From: Nitrospirota bacterium
GTDB taxonomy: Bacteria; Nitrospirota; UBA9217
Reading direction: 5' to 3'
DNA: 64,000 nt
Assembly (NCBI GenBank): GCA_963751455.1
Contig: CAVVUN010000008.1
Coordinates: 256,001 to 320,000, forward strand
Positions within the stretch are counted from its first letter, which is position 1. Each line of letters begins with the position of its first letter. The notes under the pieces were generated by a model. That model was not told the DNA's origin and searched no databases. It saw only the letters and a list, made by a program, of their open reading frames with translations. This document shows, piece after piece, positions 60,116 through 64,000 of the stretch. The translations under genes were made by a program, and so were the position numbers.

Positions 60116-61340
60116 TTAAACTCGCGAAGCTATGCTTTTCTTAGTGTCGTCCTTCGCATCTGCGCGGTAACTGCTTTGAGGCTTCTCGGTTATTGGCTGC
60201 ATCCAGTGCCCAAGGACCCTCGCGCGTCCGTTGTCTTTGGCTGCAAGGGTCTTTGCAAGCCCGGATTCGATGGCCGCTTGCGCCTCGCGGCCTCGCAGGT
60301 ACAGCTCCCACACCGGAGTTCCGTGAAGCGCGCTCGACGCGCCCATGGCCTTGGCCATAGAGAGCCGGTCCACCATCTCATCGTATCTCGCGATCTCCTG
60401 CTGGTGAGTTTCGTATGCCATGGTTCCAAGCACCTGCGACAGGGGTTCGTAGTCGCTGTACTCTCCGGGCCTGTGGCGCTCCACACCCGTGGGCGCCGGA
60501 TCAAACAGGCAGAAGAGCGTCACATGGCCGTCAGCGATGTAGACTTCGTGTTTATTGCGAAGGAATTCGCGGGGTCCCGGTCATTTCGTCGCAGCGGCGT
60601 TCTTCTTCGGGGCTCCCGGCGGCCTCGTTCAAGTGATAGGTTGAGTCGCCGTCGAGCGGCAGCCATGGGCCCCAGAGTCTGTTGCGCCTCCTGGTACGGG
60701 TGTTGAGCCATGCGCACGCGTGCTGTTCCTTTCACGTCGTAGCAGACGTTGAACTCTGTTCGGGAATTGTAGGACATTTTGAACACAGGCTCTCCGTCTT
60801 CGTTTCCGGGAAGTCCTGCTACGTCGAACATCGTGGTCCGGAACCAGGAGACAGGATTCCCTGATCTTGGACAGCAGGATCGGATCGTGGTGCAGAAAGA
60901 TCCGGCGGCTCAAGTACTGGGGTGTAAGAATCCACCGAAGCGACTGGGAGCCGGAAGCACAGGCTGCAAGAAATGTTCTCGTCGCGAAGCAGCAGCCGCT
61001 TGCCGCGCGCCTGCGAGGCCGATGCGCTCGACACGCGCAAAAGTTCGGTCCCCGGTTCCGCGTCAAGAACGCTTTCCAGGCTGGGCGGGAGATAAAGGTG
61101 GACGCCTGCCTCCACGTGAAAGGACTGTCTGTTGTCACCCGACACGTGAAGTCTTCCGCTTCCCCGATGAACGCTGATGATGTGACCGACGCTCCGTTCC
61201 GGGGCGAGGCTCCCTGCCTCGAAAAACCGGATCCGATCGACGTCCAGGCCTTCGGGATGGATCTCGTGACTCAGGATCTTAGCTGTGGCGAACGGCTTCC
61301 CGGATTCGCGATGCCAGTTGTTCTTGATGAGCTTTTGCAT
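60116..61340 (-). pseudogene. GC-rich hypothetical (cupin-like) gene split by about three frameshifts
   Basis: GGAGG RBS before ATG 61340; overlapping ORF fragments join into one protein-like sequence. Confidence 0.55.
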
Positions 61341-61480
61341 GGACTCAGCCTCCTCCCGGTAAACGGAACCAAACTGCTGAGACGAGAGATTTATCCGCAG
61401 ATTACGCAGATCCGCGGATTTTTTACGGATGCTTTACTTCGTCTCCTATTGAATTTTGTACATCCCAAATCAAAAGCCAT

Positions 61481-61572
61481 TAACCGCCAAGACGCTAAGA
61501 ACGCGAAGGAGATCACAAATCAGGAATTCAAATCTTGAATCTTTTCTTAGCGTCCTTCGCGCCTTCGCGGTT
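61481..61572. repeat. CGCGAAG-type palindrome
   Basis: AACCGCCAAGACGCTAAGAACGCGAAGG...CTTAGCGTCCTTCGCGCCTTCGCGGTT. Confidence 0.78.
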
Positions 61573-61593
61573 CCATAGTGTTGGTCTTTTCAT

Positions 61594-61793
61594 CCTGAAA
61601 ACGGCAGTTGGACGCAGATGAACGCAGACTTCGGCGTGAGCTCAGTCGAACGATAACCGCAGATCAAACAAAAGAATTTTTAGAGAAAAAAATTCACCCG
61701 CAGGGTGACTGCTTTTACGATACAAGAACGTTTTATTATCCGACCTTATCTGCGTTTATCCGATTTTTCTGCGTCCCAAATGCTTTTTTTAGG
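61594..61793. mobile_element. CCT-family MITE (CGCAGAT subtype) with a 25-bp insertion
   Basis: TTCAT duplication (61589-61593, 61794-61798). Confidence 0.9.
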
Positions 61794-61797
61794 TTCA

Positions 61798-63591
61798 TTA
61801 GTCTGGGGCCTCGTTAATATTTAATCTGCGCCATCTGCCTGTGCCCGCGTTTTGGCTTGTCCCCGCGCTATCGCAAGGGGCAACAGCAGGGTAAGAAATC
61901 TGCGGATAGTCTTTTTGATCACTCAACTTTTTTCTATCAACCTTTCCGGATGAAGTGGCGGGCAGAGAGTCGCGGAATTCAATAATCTCAGGTATCATGT
62001 ACCTCGGCAGTTGTTTTGAGCAACACTGGAGAATATCCTCCTTCTCAATTTTGCCGGGTGTCAAGGGAACGACGATTACCGAAATTCTATTCCCTATGAG
62101 CTCGTCCGGAATCGGGATGACGACAGCGTTCTTGATTTCCGGATGATTGCACAATACTGTTTCTATTTCGCCGATCTCGATCCTGTATCCCCGGCTCTTT
62201 ATCATGTGGTCCTTCCGGCCCAGGAATACATAGTTGCCGTCAGAATCCAGATGGACCAGGTCCCCGGTCTTATAAACTCTCTCATTCAGGTCAGGCTTAA
62301 GAGGGTTTTTCACAAAAGACTTTTCTGTTTTTTCAACGTCACCCCAATACCCTAGCGCAACGGTGGCCGCCCTCACATAGAGTTCACCTTCTTGTCCGCC
62401 TTGTCCGCGTTTGCTCACCTGTTTGCCGGCTTCGTCCAGGGCGAAAACTTCGAAATTCGGCAGCGATCTGCCGATGGGAAGTGATGCGTTGGCGTCTGAG
62501 GGGAGCTGGTCAACCCAATAATACGTTGAAGAATTTGCTTCCGTCTGACCATACATGTTGCAAAACCGTGCTCCGGGAACAGCTTCCTTGAGTCGCCGCA
62601 GATATTTCAGGGGAAATAGTTCTCCCGCGAAAAGAATCAATCGCAGATTTGACAAATCATGGCTGTCCAGATTCCTATATGCAGCCAAAAGAGAAAGTGC
62701 TGACGGCACGGAATTCCACACCGATATTCTGTTCTTCGCAATGACCTCGGCCAATTTTACCGGAAAAGTGGTAATGGTCTCCGGGATGATGACCACAGTA
62801 GCTCCTGCCTTGAATGCGACGAAGAGGTCGAAAACGGACATATCGAAGTGCAGGGGGCAGATATTCGAAAATCTATCATTCATTTTTATCTGGAAGAAGT
62901 CATGTGCCGAGTTTATAAAGGTCAAAGAGTTCAAGTGCGACAGCATGACCCCCTTGGGAGTGCCTGTCGAGCCCGAAGTAAACAGGATATACGCCAAATC
63001 CGAGTCGATCGTATTCACACAGGGAGCATCTTCTTTTGCGGCCCCTCGTACCTCTTGCCAGTCGATTAATTTCGCAGGTCCGTGTGGTTTCGTAGCTGCA
63101 TTTGTAGGGCAACCCTTCAGGGTTGCGGTTTTTCGGCAGTCAGCAAGGCTAAAGCCTTGCCCTACAGACCCGGGCGATCCGGAGCCTGACTTCTGGCCGT
63201 TCATCACAAGAATGCTTTCCAGCGGAGAGTTTGCAGGAAACGCTTGCTCTATATTTGTTATTTTTCCTTGTGAAGTCAGCAGGGATTTTATTCCACACTT
63301 GTTCACAATGTAGTTGAGACGGCCTGGTGGGCACATGGGATCTATGGGAACATACGTTGCTCCTGCTTTCAGGATCCCAAAAACCCCGATTATTGAGGTT
63401 ATGCCCCTGTTCATATAAATTCCAGCCCGCGCTCCTCTTTCTATCCCGCTTTCTGAGAGAACATAAGCCAATTTGTTGCTTTCCCTCTCCAAATCGGCAT
63501 ACGTAATTCTATCGTTTTGAAAAACTAATGCCTCTTTGTCAGGATATTTCGCTGCACTTTCTGACAATAATTGGTGCAGTACGTAGGCCAT
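61798..63591 (-). CDS. stand-alone amino acid adenylation domain protein (DltA-like)
   Basis: YVPIDP, FTSGSTGTPKG, HFDMSVFD, FAGE, NMYGQTE, YKTGD, RGYRIEIGEIE, SGKVDRKKL. Confidence 0.92.
   Translation of the reverse strand: MAYVLHQLLSESAAKYPDKEALVFQNDRITYADLERESNKLAYVLSESGIERGARAGIYMNRGITSIIGVFGILKAGATYVPIDPMCPPGRLNYIVNKCGIKSLLTSQGKITNIEQAFPANSPLESILVMNGQKSGSGSPGSVGQGFSLADCRKTATLKGCPTNAATKPHGPAKLIDWQEVRGAAKEDAPCVNTIDSDLAYILFTSGSTGTPKGVMLSHLNSLTFINSAHDFFQIKMNDRFSNICPLHFDMSVFDLFVAFKAGATVVIIPETITTFPVKLAEVIAKNRISVWNSVPSALSLLAAYRNLDSHDLSNLRLILFAGELFPLKYLRRLKEAVPGARFCNMYGQTEANSSTYYWVDQLPSDANASLPIGRSLPNFEVFALDEAGKQVSKRGQGGQEGELYVRAATVALGYWGDVEKTEKSFVKNPLKPDLNERVYKTGDLVHLDSDGNYVFLGRKDHMIKSRGYRIEIGEIETVLCNHPEIKNAVVIPIPDELIGNRISVIVVPLTPGKIEKEDILQCCSKQLPRYMIPEIIEFRDSLPATSSGKVDRKKLSDQKDYPQISYPAVAPCDSAGTSQNAGTGRWRRLNINEAPD
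63103..63166. repeat. REP doublet (GTAG family) inside a CDS
   Basis: TGTAGGGCAACCCTTCAGGGTTGC...GCAAGGCTAAAGCCTTGCCCTACA; same arms as 56778-56859. Confidence 0.9.
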
Positions 63592-63605
63592 TCTAATAAC
63601 CTCCA

Positions 63606-64000
63606 TCACTCAATTATAAAGGTCTGGGCATTAGAGGTACCGCCACCCGGTGCGGGACTGAACACTGTCACCTGGGCCGTCCCTGCCGCTGCTATGTCCG
63701 CTGCCGGTATTGCCGCTGTCAACTGGCTCGAAGATACATACGTCGTTGTACGACTCTCTCCATTCCATTGCACCACAGAATCGGCAGCGAAACCGCTGCC
63801 GTTGACTGTCAGCGTGAAGTCCGCTTCTCCATACGTCTTGCTCGCGGGCAAGATGTCCGTAAGGGTCGGAATCGGGTTGTTCACTGTAAAGCTGTTGCTC
63901 TCCCCGGCCTCCGTCCCTCCGGTCTTGGCGGCGGTGATGGTAAAACTGCCCGCATTCAAAATCGCTAGACTGTGAGACGTCAACATCCCATTGGTAAAAG
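63606..64000 (-). CDS. Ig-like IPT/TIG-domain protein, C-terminal part (truncated by window edge)
   Basis: [11 protein letters not shown]...LTVNGSGF...[11 protein letters not shown]...[10 protein letters not shown]; frame open to the window end. Confidence 0.8.
   Translation of the reverse strand, partial: FTNGMLTSHSLAILNAGSFTITAAKTGGTEAGESNSFTVNNPIPTLTDILPASKTYGEADFTLTVNGSGFAADSVVQWNGESRTTTYVSSSQLTAAIPAADIAAAGTAQVTVFSPAPGGGTSNAQTFIIE

Noticed and set aside
1-64000. tRNA, rRNA or CRISPR arrays
   Set aside because: No cloverleaf, rRNA-like segment or regular repeat-spacer array was recognised by eye; tRNAscan and Infernal were not run.

Overview
Bacterial DNA of about 50% GC. Gene content (many sigma54 activators, TauE cassette, CheD, RACo-type ASKHA ATPase, PrsK/PrsR plus exosortase) suggests an anaerobic Gram-negative such as Nitrospirota or Desulfobacterota; this is inference only. 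Bases 1-21 kb hold regulatory and metabolic genes and a complete IS1182/IS5-like element. Bases 21-64 kb are a mostly minus-strand exosortase-associated polysaccharide locus: prsR/prsK, exosortase, two adenylate-forming enzymes, ACP, two AsnB-like amidotransferases, GTs, Wzx/Wzy, and sulfation, pyruvyl, methyl and acetyl tailoring genes, plus a decayed IS481. Two main signals are unexplained. (1) Three genes share a CRP-type box at class-II spacing: an FN3 lipoprotein that appears to lack beta-strand A, and two paralogous secreted proteins that end in an isolated strand-A-like tail (P-x-P-P-T-x-L-R-[IV]-N). This suggests a strand-complementation surface-docking system (hypothesis). (2) Intergenic spaces hold a dense, nested set of miniature mobile elements: at least four terminal-repeat families with 5-8 bp target duplications all carry the same 9-bp-periodic palindromic arms, other small elements insert into those arms, and a REP doublet sits in-frame inside a CDS. 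No rRNA, tRNA or CRISPR was seen. Several frameshifts may be sequencing errors. All calls come from reading the sequence; no database searches were run.
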